This document shows, in pieces, positions 50,249 to 61,976 of a stretch of DNA of 64,000 bases. Location: positions 288,001-352,000 of the IMG/VR virus record IMGVR_UViG_3300025715_000009. The stretch is one strand, 5' to 3'. A model generated the notes under the pieces. The model had not been told where the DNA came from. It saw only the letters and a list, made by a program, of their open reading frames with translations, and made no database searches. Origin of the DNA: a virus (lineage: Duplodnaviria > Caudoviricetes). Both the position numbers and the translations under genes were made by a program. Positions within the stretch are counted from its first letter, which is position 1, and each line of letters starts with the position of its first letter.

Positions 50249-53200
50249 GATTAGTTATTATATATAGTTTTATTCTGCTCTAAAATCTTTTTTTACCCAA
50301 ATCATTGAGTAATTTTTTAGCCATTAAACCTGGATTCTCATCTAATAATTTAACTATTTTCAATCCATCAGTCGTAAAGGTATGAAAAACCCAACCGCCT
50401 GATCTCCAGTATTTAATTGCTGGCTTTAAAAGTTCTGCTTCTGGGCGATTTATCCATTTTATGATTTTTCTACCATGAAGATATGATAACATTGTAGGTT
50501 TAATTGCATCATAAGCCTCACTTGAGCAGAAGGCACTAGGATATTTTTGATATAATTGCCAGGCAGCAATGTGATATTTATATATTATCATATTAGTAAT
50601 AATAATTTAGCCATTAGACTTGGATCGGTTATCTTTTCTAACAATTCAGAATTTAATGAGTAGGTTATGCTTTTAGAATCAATAATAGTTTTTTCAAGAA
50701 ATTTAAAATTGGTATCGAATAAAACATATTTCGGGTAATGAAGTTCTGGGTTCAAAACTACCATGTATAAATTTTTTTGATAGTATTGTGAGTGAGATCC
50801 TAACTTATCACCATTTACTTTATAAACATTCATTTTTAGGAACTAACACTCCCTGGGAAATGAATAGATCAAACTGCTTTTTACTACATTCTGACTGTAC
50901 AAGAGTTGTAAGGTTAGATCTAGCAATCGCATATTTTACTTTCTCTTCAGAGGAGTCTAAAACTTTTAATAAGCAATCTCCCCAAAGTTGTTTATTCGCA
51001 AGTTCATATATTGAATTATATCCCATTCATAGCCTCTTTAATTTTTTCATAATAAGAAAACATTTTATCACATTCTTCTTGGTTCAAATATCGAAAAGAG
51101 AAAAACATTGGGTATCCATTCATAGACATAGGTCCTGCTCGATCAAGATATTCATAAATCAAAGCAGGTTTAGAATCAAAAAAATCTTTGCCTGCTTTTG
51201 TTTCTGATTTGATGAACATAAGAGCCATAAAGATACTTTGTAAATTTGTATGTTCATCAAGATGTCTATCAGTAAAAATCTTGCCTGAATAAAGATCTTT
51301 AGCCAATTCTTTCAACTCTTCATCTTTCATATATCACCTCGATTTACAAGTGCAAGGATCATGCCCACATGCTGGACACAACCCCAAAGATAACCTCTTT
51401 CTGATCTTTTTATCTGCTCTAGATCCACCATTTGCTGGATCACATCCTCTATAATAACACCCTTTACATAAATCCCAAGATTTTTGCCCAGATTTTTTTA
51501 TTCCTCTAGGCTTGCGTTTCCTCATTCAAATTCCTTGGCATTTACAATATAAGAAAAATTTGCTTCTGAGTCTGATAAATAGGCAAGCATAGCAGAAAGA
51601 GAGGCAAAGTCTCTTTCATATTGTTTATCCCCATAATTAATATCTACAGTATATCTATCATTAAATGTTTTATTTAACTTGATAATTATATAAAGAGATG
51701 TATCTTTTTCTAGTTTATCCAAATTTGATACAAGTTTTGATAGGGCTTGTACCTCATCATATTTGACTTCTGTTTTAATTTGTGCTTTTACAGCTTGATT
51801 CCTTTTCCAAGAATCAATAGAGGCAAAAGTTGCTAATAAAAGAATAATAAACATAAATGCTATAATGACAATTGTTGACTTGGTCATTTTTTACTCCTTA
51901 GATATATTTTAGGTCTAAACCTAATTTCCTAATATGGTTATCTTCTTTTACTCTTTTTTCTACATGTTTTACTTGCTCTATTCTCTCTCTCATCCTCTGT
52001 TGTTTAATTTCTTTATTCACCCTTTTAATTAAAATTGACAAAGAAATTAAGACAAAGATAGATAAAAGAACAAAGACAACAGATACAATAAACATCATTA
52101 TAATAAGATCATTAGAGCAAGCAAGTGTAAGTGTGCTTAGGCTTTCCATATTAATAAAAATAAAATTTATTTAATTTACGAATATTTAATCTAGATTGGG
52201 CTAGATTAATAGCAATTTTTTGTTCCATTACCAACTTGTTGAATTCCTTGATTTGTTCTGTTATGCCTTTACCCACAGCATCAATCTGTTGGCTGAAATA
52301 TTGAAGTTGGATAGCAGTTGCTGTACGAGCCATGGCAGATTGGGCTGCTTGATATTCCTCAATTTGTTTTTGAGCAGCCGCTTGATAATCTTGGATATAT
52401 GTTTGATAGAGGACAATATTCTTGTTATAAGAATCAATCAGATAAAGATCTTTTTGTTCTTGGATATATGGAGAGAGACTGAAGACACTATATATCACAA
52501 TAGCAATTACAAAAGAGAGGATGGAGAGCTTGTTGAATAGAGAGTTGACAACTAGATCAAAAACATCCTGTTTAACTTTAATCTTGAGGATAAAGTTTAT
52601 TAGAAAGGATAAAAATCCAATGGATAAAAATATATAAAATAATGTTTGCATAATAACCTCCAGAGTTATATATGCTTTTTTATAAAAAAAAGAAGGTTTT
52701 ACTTCTTTTTAAGATACATAAAATTTTATATTAGGGTCTATTGTAAGAACAAAAGATTTATGTTTTTGATACTCTTGTTTTTTATCTATATCTATATACG
52801 AGACGCTTCCTTGACCTATAACTGTTTCCCAAACATAGTGTTGATTTTTGTATTCAAAAAATATTTTATAATTAGGAAATGTTTTTGTACAATCAATTAA
52901 ATAACTAGTATGTTTTTTCATTGTATATTCATGAATATAAGTGTGAACTGATCTAAATTCTTTTGATGAGATAGGGAGAGTAGAATTTAGATCATCAGGG
53001 AAGTCCCAAGAATCTGTTCCATCTTGGACAGATCCTTGGTTGACTTGATCTATTACTTTATCAAACAACTCTTGAGTCATATTAGATTGTATTCCAGCAA
53101 GTTGTTCATATTCTTGTGGGGTGAGATTTTTAAAATATTCTAGTGTGTCTTTTAGAGCTTGTTCTTGATTCATATTATCTCCTTCTTGTATATTATATAT

Positions 53201-53509
53201 GCTTAATTTTACTCATCTAATCCTACATAATCTAAATTTGTGTTGCCCAACTCTATTTGTCTTTCAAGGCCTTCAAATATGAAATGGATTAGTGCTTTTT
53301 TCATATCTTCATCAATTTCAGTTTCTTGTGTTAAAAAATGGTCAGAGACTAGAGTGCTACAATGTATAGAATATTTTCCTATTCTATAAGAAAATTTATC
53401 ATTAAAAGTTGTTTTATTTATTTGTATTACAGCAGACTCATCATCTCGTGTTTCTATGGGAATAAATATTGTATTACTATAAATATAAAATTTATACATT
53501 AGTGTTATC

Positions 53510-54016
53510 TTATAATTTTATGCTATAAAAATAGTCATTTGTATTTTTTCGAATAAGATCACATATAATTGTTAAATTACTACCCAATTTTTTGTCAAAC
53601 AGTTCGATTAATTTTTTATTTGGTAAAGCCAATTTCTTTATTTCATAAAATATTTGAAGTGATTTTTCTTCTGACTTGGTTATCATATAGAGGAGTGCTA
53701 TACCCACAGCAGCAGATCTAGAAACGCCTGCATGACAGTGAATAACATATCCAGTAGCAACATCCTTTGTTTCATTAAAATAGTTTATTATTTTTTCTAC
53801 GTCTGATAATGATGGTAGAATATCATTTAAATATTTCTTTTCATCGATATCATGAAACTCAAGCCTTAGATAAGAGACAAAATTATCTTTTATTGAATTC
53901 AACATTTTTTCGCCAGGAGATCCAATGGAGATACAATGATCAAAGTATTCTTCTTGATTTGCTAGAAGTTCATCTAATTGAGTTTCTCCGAAAATTTGAA
54001 TATAAGGATATATCAA
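53510..54016 (-). CDS. Protein-tyrosine/dual-specificity phosphatase
   Basis: VIHCHAGVSRSAA, FHDI, PN motifs. Confidence 0.9.
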   Translation of the reverse strand: MIYPYIQIFGETQLDELLANQEEYFDHCISIGSPGEKMLNSIKDNFVSYLRLEFHDIDEKKYLNDILPSLSDVEKIINYFNETKDVATGYVIHCHAGVSRSAAVGIALLYMITKSEEKSLQIFYEIKKLALPNKKLIELFDKKLGSNLTIICDLIRKNTNDYFYSIKL

Positions 54017-54339
54017 TTTAATTCCTTTCTAGGATATTATACTATATAAATATATGCTCTAAATGATTTAGAGAAGATAAAGATAAGTTATAATTATTAA
54101 ACTACTATGAAATATCCTATGACAATAAAAAAATTACTAGATATTCAGGACAATATATATAAACTCAAATATGAAAAATTAATTACACAGTATCTAAATA
54201 CACTTGAAGTAGTTTGGTGTGAAGGATCTGTAGATTTAGATAACATGGGTTCTGAATATCCCTATGTCTTCTTATCTTTTAATAAAGATAGAGAAATTGA
54301 AGATGTAAAGATTTACAAATAGTTATTATATTACTTAAA

Positions 54340-54987
54340 TTATAATGTATTATAATAATCAAATATCATTTTGATTTTTTCTTCATTATCTGCAAAAATA
54401 AAATTAAGAAAATCAAATTTATAGTCAGTTTTTATTTCACCAATATCATTTATATTTAAACAATAATTCATTAATTCTTCAAAAGAAATATTTGTTTTAT
54501 CACAAAGCAAAGAACCAATTTCTTTAGGTATATAATTTAATGAATTTATAGGATTATGACTGATATCTAAACAACGCAGTCTGTTTATTTCCTCTATTCC
54601 TTCTAGGGAATTAATCTTATTATATGAACAAGAAAGTGTCCCATTCATGTCTTTTGGTAAACCTTTTAGCGAAAAAATGTTGTTTAAATCACAATATATA
54701 ACTACCATTTCTTCTGGACATCCTTCTAAAGAAGATAATTTGTTTCTTGAACAATCAAGAGTATGAACTTTTTTAGGTCCATATTTTAGTGTTGATAAAT
54801 TACAATTATAACATTTAAAATATCCTGCAATTTCTGGTGAGCCTTTTAAGGATTTAATATTACATTTTTCCAATATAATATCATTTTTAAATTCATTGGG
54901 GAGGTCAAATTCTTCTAGTGATTCAATGTCTTGTTCAAAAAGAACAAAATCCCCTTTTTTATTTAAATATTTTTCATATGATTTCAT
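54340..54987 (-). CDS. Leucine-rich-repeat protein
   Basis: Repeats of C..N.L.SL.G.P. Confidence 0.8.
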   Translation of the reverse strand: MKSYEKYLNKKGDFVLFEQDIESLEEFDLPNEFKNDIILEKCNIKSLKGSPEIAGYFKCYNCNLSTLKYGPKKVHTLDCSRNKLSSLEGCPEEMVVIYCDLNNIFSLKGLPKDMNGTLSCSYNKINSLEGIEEINRLRCLDISHNPINSLNYIPKEIGSLLCDKTNISFEELMNYCLNINDIGEIKTDYKFDFLNFIFADNEEKIKMIFDYYNTL

Positions 54988-56655
54988 ATTCTTTAACCAT
55001 CTTTGATATCAATAATCTTAATTTATCTTCACTACAAACAAACAAAGGTTCACAGGTAAAATTACTTGCTACATATTTTATATAATCATAAACCAGATAT
55101 TGATCTTGTTTAATTGTAAACATTATAATTAGTTTATTAGAAATATAAATTTCTACTCTATCATTTAGAACTCTATATTGATATTTATTTAACACCTTAT
55201 CTTGAGCAAATTCTTTTAATATATTATATATCTTAGGATGGGTTATTTCTTGAGCATCTTTAAACAAGAAAAATCTATCTAGATAATCTCCATTTAACAT
55301 AGATATTCCTTGATTTGATCATATGTTAATAAATAATTTTTATCAATAAGTATATTAGGGTTTGATTTATAAGCATTTAATAATTTATCATAATCTTTGT
55401 CGTCTTGTATATATACTATTTCTAAAAATGTAGCAATATATCTAGATACATCTTTCCATTTTTTTAATACTTCTGGAGAGATATGACGTTTCTTTACATC
55501 AACTTTGAAGATTATTTTATTAGATTCTAAATAACTTGTTATATATCTAATCATTTTAAACACCATGATAAATTAATACTTAAATTATTCATTATCTTTA
55601 TCAGATTCTTCAGAATTAAAATATCCATCCAAAGCATGATGAACAGGAAACATAATATTTTGACTTGAGATTTGTTTATATCTAGCTTTATATATTAACT
55701 TATCAAGCCATAATTCAATATATAGATATTCATCTTTTTTATACAATCGATATATATAAGTTTCTGCATAATTCCATTCATCTAGTGTACACATCTTTTG
55801 AATAGGAAAAATTCTTAGATCTTCTCCCTCTACATATAGTTCTTGTGTAACATATACAATGTTTTGCTCAATAACAAAATATTCAATAGGATCATCTTTT
55901 ATATTATAAAAATAATATTCAGTCTCATCATATTGAAAAAGTTGATGTTGAGCAAATAAAGAGAAAGAGAGGATTAAGAATAATACAAAAAGAAATTGCT
56001 TCATGAGAGTATTATTTTGTACCCAAAATTATTCTAAGTTGATTATTTTGAATAAGTTGAATATCAGTTTTTATAGATATATCTAAATATTCATAATATT
56101 CATGTTTTGGCATAAGTCGTTTTAAAAACAACTCATATACTACGATTTCTTTGAGATTTTCGAAATCATCATTCATAAAATATTTACAAGATAAATCTAT
56201 TGTATCAATGATTTCTTTTTTAAGAGTTTTTTCAATATTTAAATTATTAATAAGCGACTGTTGTAACTTATAAAAATACTTATTAGAAATTTCTAAATTG
56301 GATAGCTTTGTATTAAATTCTTCTTTATCTAATGTCATATTTAGGCCTGCAATAATTATTTCTTCTAATTGCAGTGATAAATCATCGCTAATTAATATAG
56401 GCAGAATAACTATAAATGGATCGTGTGGTTCAAATTGCTTTAATTGTTCAGATCTTGGATCTAATGAATTTGATGGCCAATTTGGTGGGAAAGAACCTCT
56501 AGCTACATCATACTGATCTTGGGCTGAAATATTGATTGTGAAAAAGAATAAAATATAAAACAATATGTGTTTCATTTGTTGAATCCCCTTGTTAATTATA
56601 TATTGCTTTGTTATTATTCTAAAATATTATTTCAAAATTTTGTTCAAAAGAGTGT

Positions 56656-57561
56656 ATGAATATTGGTTTATCAAAAATGAAAAATCAAGGTTGTGAAAAA
56701 ATTTGTACTATTTGTGGTCAATCTTATCATATTAAACCGTCAAAAAAAGATGAATCAAAATATTGTTCAAGAGAGTGTCGGCATATTGGTTTATCCGGCA
56801 AGGGTGAATATAAACTCGATTTGGATATGGAAGAAATACGACGCTTATATGTAGATGAGTTGTGGTCTGCACAAATGATTGCAGATAAAATGGGTACAAT
56901 TAAAAAGAATATACTTTTCCGTCTTAAAGATATGAACTTAACTCGTAGTAAAGGTGAAGCCAAATCTAATTTTTTTATTAATAATCCTGATAAAAATCCG
57001 AATAATCTACCTGGTGTTAAAGAAAAGCAAATTGAAGTTCAGAAAGAAATGAATAAAGATCCTATATATAGAGCTGAACGAATAAACAAAAGATATTTGG
57101 GAATAAAAAGTATGTCTCCTGAGGCAAAAGAAAGTTGGAAATTATCAAAAAAGCAACAAATGATTAATCGTTCTCCAGAAGAAGTATGTTCCGCTATGCG
57201 CAAGCAATACGCCACCAAGAGAAAGAATGGAACGTTTAAATGTAATGGCTTAGAGAAGAAGTATGAAGCTATTTTAATTCGAGATGATGTAACATATTTA
57301 CCACAATATTGTATACCCGATGGTGATATGCTCTATCGTTACGATTTCTACCTTCCCGATAGCAATACACTTATTGAAGTAAATGGTACAGGAACACATG
57401 CTGATCCGAGGAAATATAAAGCCGAGGATTTAATTAAACTTGGTATTCCTGGTTGGAAAGTGAGAACAGCGGGTGAGATTTGGGAAGAGGATAGAGTAAA
57501 GAGAGAATATGCAGAAGAGAGAGGATATACGGTAATAACAGTGTGGCAGGAGGAATTATGA
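56656..57561 (+). CDS. Vsr/DUF559-like (EDxHD-type) putative homing endonuclease
   Basis: CTICG..YCSREC, HTH-like segment, YDFYLP...IEVNG..THAD...GYTVITVWQEE. Confidence 0.8.
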   Translation: MNIGLSKMKNQGCEKICTICGQSYHIKPSKKDESKYCSRECRHIGLSGKGEYKLDLDMEEIRRLYVDELWSAQMIADKMGTIKKNILFRLKDMNLTRSKGEAKSNFFINNPDKNPNNLPGVKEKQIEVQKEMNKDPIYRAERINKRYLGIKSMSPEAKESWKLSKKQQMINRSPEEVCSAMRKQYATKRKNGTFKCNGLEKKYEAILIRDDVTYLPQYCIPDGDMLYRYDFYLPDSNTLIEVNGTGTHADPRKYKAEDLIKLGIPGWKVRTAGEIWEEDRVKREYAEERGYTVITVWQEEL

Positions 57562-58028
57562 TTAATGATATTATTTGGTGGCAAGTTAGTCTATATGAAT
57601 TAATAAATATTTGGATTCCTGGATTTATTTTTGTTTTTCTTGCATATCGTGTTGGTAGAGGAAAAATAAAATCTGGTGGTGGAACTGTTTCAATAAAAAT
57701 AAGACCTGATTTTGAAGAAAACATTGTTTGTAAAATTGATGATATTCCTAGTTTATATATTAAAGAATTAGAAGAAAATGATAATTGTTTTGAAAAAATG
57801 AATAATATTTGGAATAATGTTTCGAATACTCTTCTTAGCGTGATACCAGGACGGCCTAAGCCGGCCACCAAATTAAAAATATATGATAAAAAACTACAAT
57901 GTGATGAAATATTTGCTATTTTAATTAAAAATAATTATGAAATTACATCATGTATTCAGACAGACCCAACAAACAAATTTTTAATAATAAAAAAGAAATA
58001 TTAACAAACATTTTTATAAGATAATACT

Positions 58029-59054
58029 ATGAATAATTTTATAAAAGTGTTGGCAGAAGAAGTTTTAAAAGAAGATTTTGATATAAAAACTTTGGCTTTA
58101 AAATTTTTTAATAAACATCCTACTTTATTAAAACAAATACAAAAATTGGCTTGTAAACAAAGTATACCTCAAATTAAATTATCAAATTATGACCATTCTA
58201 TTATAAAAGAAATTTATATTAATAAGAATACAGAAAAGGCTAAACAACTTATTAATTCAAGATATAAACCTGGCGATAAAAAGTTTGGTGAATTGATGGA
58301 TTTAATAAATGTAAATGAAGCTAAAAATAATGCCCTTTTGGCTATAGGATTTGCTTTAGCATTGGGTGCTGGATTACTTTCTGGATGTGCAAATCCTCTT
58401 GCTGGTGGTGAAGAGATATACAACCATGTTACAAATACAATTGAAGATGAATATATTGAAGAATTTCAAAATAATTTTGGAAAAGTTTATAAAGAAGAAA
58501 ATAAAGTATTTTTCTATAATTCGTCTAAAAGTTGGGAAATAATAGGCATTAAAGGTATTTATGTTAAAACAATTGTTAGAAATCCAAATTATGCTTTACA
58601 ACCAGGTGAATCAAAATACTGGAGAAAAGCTATGTTTTACGCTCAATATTTAAACTTTTATGATTATAAAGCGGAAAAAGATTTGTTTTCAATAGAACCA
58701 GGTGAAGAAAAAAATATTTTATTAAATAAAAACGAAAACATGGTAGGAGTAATATTTAATTTTCTAAACCCAAAATCTGGTGAAAAAAAACAAGTTATAG
58801 TTTATAATAACGGTATAAGATGGCCTTGGGGATCTAGTATAATACAAAATATTGAAAATGAATATGATAAATTTATAAAATTACAAGAAACGGTTTATTG
58901 TGGTGAAAAATATAACAATTATCAAATAGATAATCTTAACGAATTAAAATTGAATAAATTTATTTCAATAAATGATATCATATCAAAGTCTTATACATCA
59001 TCTAATTATATAGATATACCTTGGGATGGATTAGAAATTAAACTCGATTTATAA
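58029..59054 (+). CDS. Putative virion protein with an internal lipoprotein-like signal
   Basis: N-terminal VLAEEVLKE; internal NE-AKNNALLAIGFALALGAGLLSGC. Confidence 0.55.
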   Translation: MNNFIKVLAEEVLKEDFDIKTLALKFFNKHPTLLKQIQKLACKQSIPQIKLSNYDHSIIKEIYINKNTEKAKQLINSRYKPGDKKFGELMDLINVNEAKNNALLAIGFALALGAGLLSGCANPLAGGEEIYNHVTNTIEDEYIEEFQNNFGKVYKEENKVFFYNSSKSWEIIGIKGIYVKTIVRNPNYALQPGESKYWRKAMFYAQYLNFYDYKAEKDLFSIEPGEEKNILLNKNENMVGVIFNFLNPKSGEKKQVIVYNNGIRWPWGSSIIQNIENEYDKFIKLQETVYCGEKYNNYQIDNLNELKLNKFISINDIISKSYTSSNYIDIPWDGLEIKLDL

Positions 59055-59080
59055 AGCATAATTTATTAAACGGAGGTAAA

Positions 59081-59284
59081 ATGCAATTTTTTAAAACTAT
59101 TGATGGTATGAAATCATCAAATATTAAATATAGAAAAATGATAGGTGGAGATTTTCGTATAGAAGAAAATGGTTTGATTACTGGAAAAATATTAAACACT
59201 AAAGATCTTGTTTTATTTCAAGGCTTTACAACAGATGAATTAGAAAAAGATTTTCATGAAACAGTTGATTTCTATTTGTCATGA
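59081..59284 (+). CDS. hicB: HicB-like antitoxin (N-terminal domain only)
   Basis: Y...IG......GKILNTKDLVLFQG.T.DELEKDFHETVDFYL. Confidence 0.75.
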   Translation: MQFFKTIDGMKSSNIKYRKMIGGDFRIEENGLITGKILNTKDLVLFQGFTTDELEKDFHETVDFYLS

Positions 59285-59523
59285 AATTTTTTAATAATGT
59301 TTTTAAAAAACCGACAAGAGCTGATATAAGATGGAGTGAATTTGTAAAAGCTCTTAAAGAAGTTGGCTATTTTTTGGATAAAAAGAAGGGAGTTCAGTGT
59401 TCATTTAAACATGATACTATAAAAGAAAAATTATTTATACATGAACCTCATGGTTCAAATAATATACCTAAAAGCGATATTGATAGAATTAGAGATAAAT
59501 TAAAAGAAGTGGGTATTATTTAA
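59281..59523 (+). CDS. hicA: HicA-like mRNA interferase toxin
   Basis: PTRADIRWSEF..AL...G......G...F......IHEPH. Confidence 0.75.
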   Translation: MKFFNNVFKKPTRADIRWSEFVKALKEVGYFLDKKKGVQCSFKHDTIKEKLFIHEPHGSNNIPKSDIDRIRDKLKEVGII

Positions 59524-59536
59524 ACCTAGCTGAAAG

Positions 59537-59749
59537 GCTGGGTTTTTAACAACAGATCAAATGATTTTACGTGATAGAATTGTATTTCAATTTGCTAAAG
59601 ATAATAATATTCCACTTGTGTGGAATCTTGCTGGTGGATATCAAGAACCTATAGAAAAAGTTCTTGATTTACATGAAAATACACTTCAAGAATGTTTAAA
59701 GGTTATGTATGGTAATGGATTGTTGTTAAAAGCATCTAAATATCTTTAA
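59537..59749 (+). pseudogene. C-terminal remnant of a histone-deacetylase-family gene
   Basis: GFLTTDQMILRDRIVF....IPLVWNLAGGYQ; the upstream part is absent. Confidence 0.7.
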
Positions 59750-59758
59750 AGGATATCT

Positions 59759-60163
59759 ATGAATTATATTATTCCACAGATCAAGCACAAATCCAAGCTC
59801 CTCCTCCGCAAGGTCCTACGTCTAGTCAAATTCTCACCTTCTTTTGTTGCCTATAAAGATGAGGATAGTTGGTTTGTTCAGGATCTAAATGGTTTCTCTA
59901 AACAGGATAATGAACTTGTCCTAGGTGTACCAGAGTTCCTAGAGAGATTTCTACCTGAATCAAAAAAGATAAAAATTTATTATTATACTACTCCACAAAC
60001 AGGCTCTATTGAACTGACTATGATTAGTACTTCCTTTTTTGGAACTACTTATAGTTATACTTATAAAGGGAGCAAATATTCTCTATGGCTTTGCCCGGTT
60101 TTATTCTGGTACTTTCCAGAGGCACCAAAGAGGCTATTTGTCAAGATGAGGAGGATTGCATGA
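59759..60163 (+). CDS. Conserved hypothetical protein (DUF6717-like)
   Basis: W...D.....ELVLG...WLCPVLFWYFPEAPKRLFV. Confidence 0.55.
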   Translation: MNYIIPQIKHKSKLLLRKVLRLVKFSPSFVAYKDEDSWFVQDLNGFSKQDNELVLGVPEFLERFLPESKKIKIYYYTTPQTGSIELTMISTSFFGTTYSYTYKGSKYSLWLCPVLFWYFPEAPKRLFVKMRRIA

Positions 60164-60338
60164 AAGAGTTGTATGATCTCAAAACTCGTACCAAGATTGA
60201 ATCCTATCTTAATGATAAGGATATTCCTTATACCATCATCGAAGGGTCAGACATGTTTGATAATATGCGTCATCGCATGTACTCAGGCATAGTCCTAATC
60301 TTTGATGATGAAAACAACATCCAACACGTTTATAACAA

Positions 60339-60896
60339 ATGATACTTGATTTTTATCTTAATTCTACTCCTCATCCAAGCACTCATCAAACTCTAAAGGA
60401 AATGCAATCCTGGAACGATAATAAACTAAATGGTGTACATAATTATATCACTTGGTTTTTTCCTACAAGAAGACACTCTTGTTCAGTCGATAGTATAGCA
60501 ATAACTGATGAAGAGATACAAGAATTTAAAACTAATCCTATCTTGAGAAAACAAATTCTACGTAATTATTATCGCATGCTTAAATTCTATGGATTTGTTT
60601 TTACTGGTGATAAAGTAATAAAATCAAACAATTATGAGGATAATAAACATTATTGGCTATGCGAGCAAACACCTAACTTTGGTAGAATAGCTCGGATGCT
60701 GCAATCATTAATGCTTTTAGGTTTTAGTCAGGCTGCTATGCTCTTTTATGATGCATTAATGCAAGCCTACTCAAAAGAGGAGCAAATCATCCCGGTGAAG
60801 GTATTAGATTATTGGCATTCTTCTGTTTATGACAAGAGTAATTGGGATTCTAATATATTTTGGTGGCAATTACAAACAGGTGGAAATGTAAAATAA
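60339..60896 (+). CDS. OGFr_N-like protein
   Basis: HNYITWFFPT, RMLKFYG, N..RIARMLQSL.LLG, YW. Confidence 0.8.
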   Translation: MILDFYLNSTPHPSTHQTLKEMQSWNDNKLNGVHNYITWFFPTRRHSCSVDSIAITDEEIQEFKTNPILRKQILRNYYRMLKFYGFVFTGDKVIKSNNYEDNKHYWLCEQTPNFGRIARMLQSLMLLGFSQAAMLFYDALMQAYSKEEQIIPVKVLDYWHSSVYDKSNWDSNIFWWQLQTGGNVK

Positions 60897-60921
60897 AAAA
60901 CCAGGCTCCGAGCCTGGTTTT
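60895..60921. terminator. Bidirectional terminator between convergent blocks
   Basis: A-run, CCAGGCT-CCG-AGCCTGG hairpin, T-run. Confidence 0.85.
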
Positions 60922-61549
60922 AAAAAAATATTTCTATAGGTTTAGAAAAAATACTATTAAATATGATTGAATAATAATTATGATATTGTTCTTTAGTTAT
61001 TATAGTACATGCTCCGGCAAAAAAAGATTCTGTCCATAAATCAAATTTTTTAATCTTGGTATTTTTAGTAGAGTATGTTATTGTTAAAACCGAGCAATGT
61101 GGTTTCCATTCTATTTCGAATATTTTACTAATCGGTATAACAAGAGTAAGAACAGGATTTTTAGTACTAAAACCCTGATGTAATAATATGTTGCCTTTTT
61201 TAAATTTCATTTTACCTTTATCAACACAGACAATGCCCCACCTAATATGTCGGCAAAACATTTTAATAATTTTTGACCTGCTTGCCTTGCAGATAAATTC
61301 ATTCTCAATAATTCAGCCTCAAGAGCTGTGTTTAAATCCTTAATCAATGATTCAAACTCTTCAGGGCTTATCTCTTCTTCTTTTCTCATTTTCATGTATT
61401 TAGATGTCAACTTACTCTGCTCAACTAAAAACTTAGAACCACTTTTAGCGGCATCTCCTAATACATCACCTAATGTCTTTAGAGCAGCTTGTCCTGCTTT
61501 ATCTGTTATATATTTTGAAAAATCATCAAAGTTAAATTCTATTTCCATA

Positions 61550-61960
61550 CTACCTCCGCGCTTTCTGATACTCTGTCGCTATTATTACATCTAATATCCT
61601 TGTCAAGGTCTCTTTCTTTAAATCTTTATATGTCTGACTTAATTCTTTTATCTTAGCCTCTTGATAAAATGCTTGCATCCTCTCAGTAAATAATTCAATC
61701 TGTTTAATTGTCTCAATATTCTCATCTCCTTTACCTACTTCATACTCATAAACTAGGTCTAGAGCAAGAAAATAATTATCTATTTTTTCTTGCTCTATAG
61801 CAGGAGAACATTCATCAACAAATGTTTTGGTTATTACCTTGAGAGTAATAAAATTTTCATATGACTTCTGGTCATAAGACGAAATCGGGCTGACCCACCC
61901 TTTAAGAGTAGAACAGCCCGATAATAAAAGTAAAATTAGTAATGGAGCAATCTTTTTCAT
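61550..61960 (-). CDS. Lipoprotein
   Basis: LLSGC lipobox. Confidence 0.7.
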   Translation of the reverse strand: MKKIAPLLILLLLSGCSTLKGWVSPISSYDQKSYENFITLKVITKTFVDECSPAIEQEKIDNYFLALDLVYEYEVGKGDENIETIKQIELFTERMQAFYQEAKIKELSQTYKDLKKETLTRILDVIIATEYQKARR

Positions 61961-61976
61961 ATAAATATCTTGCTAA

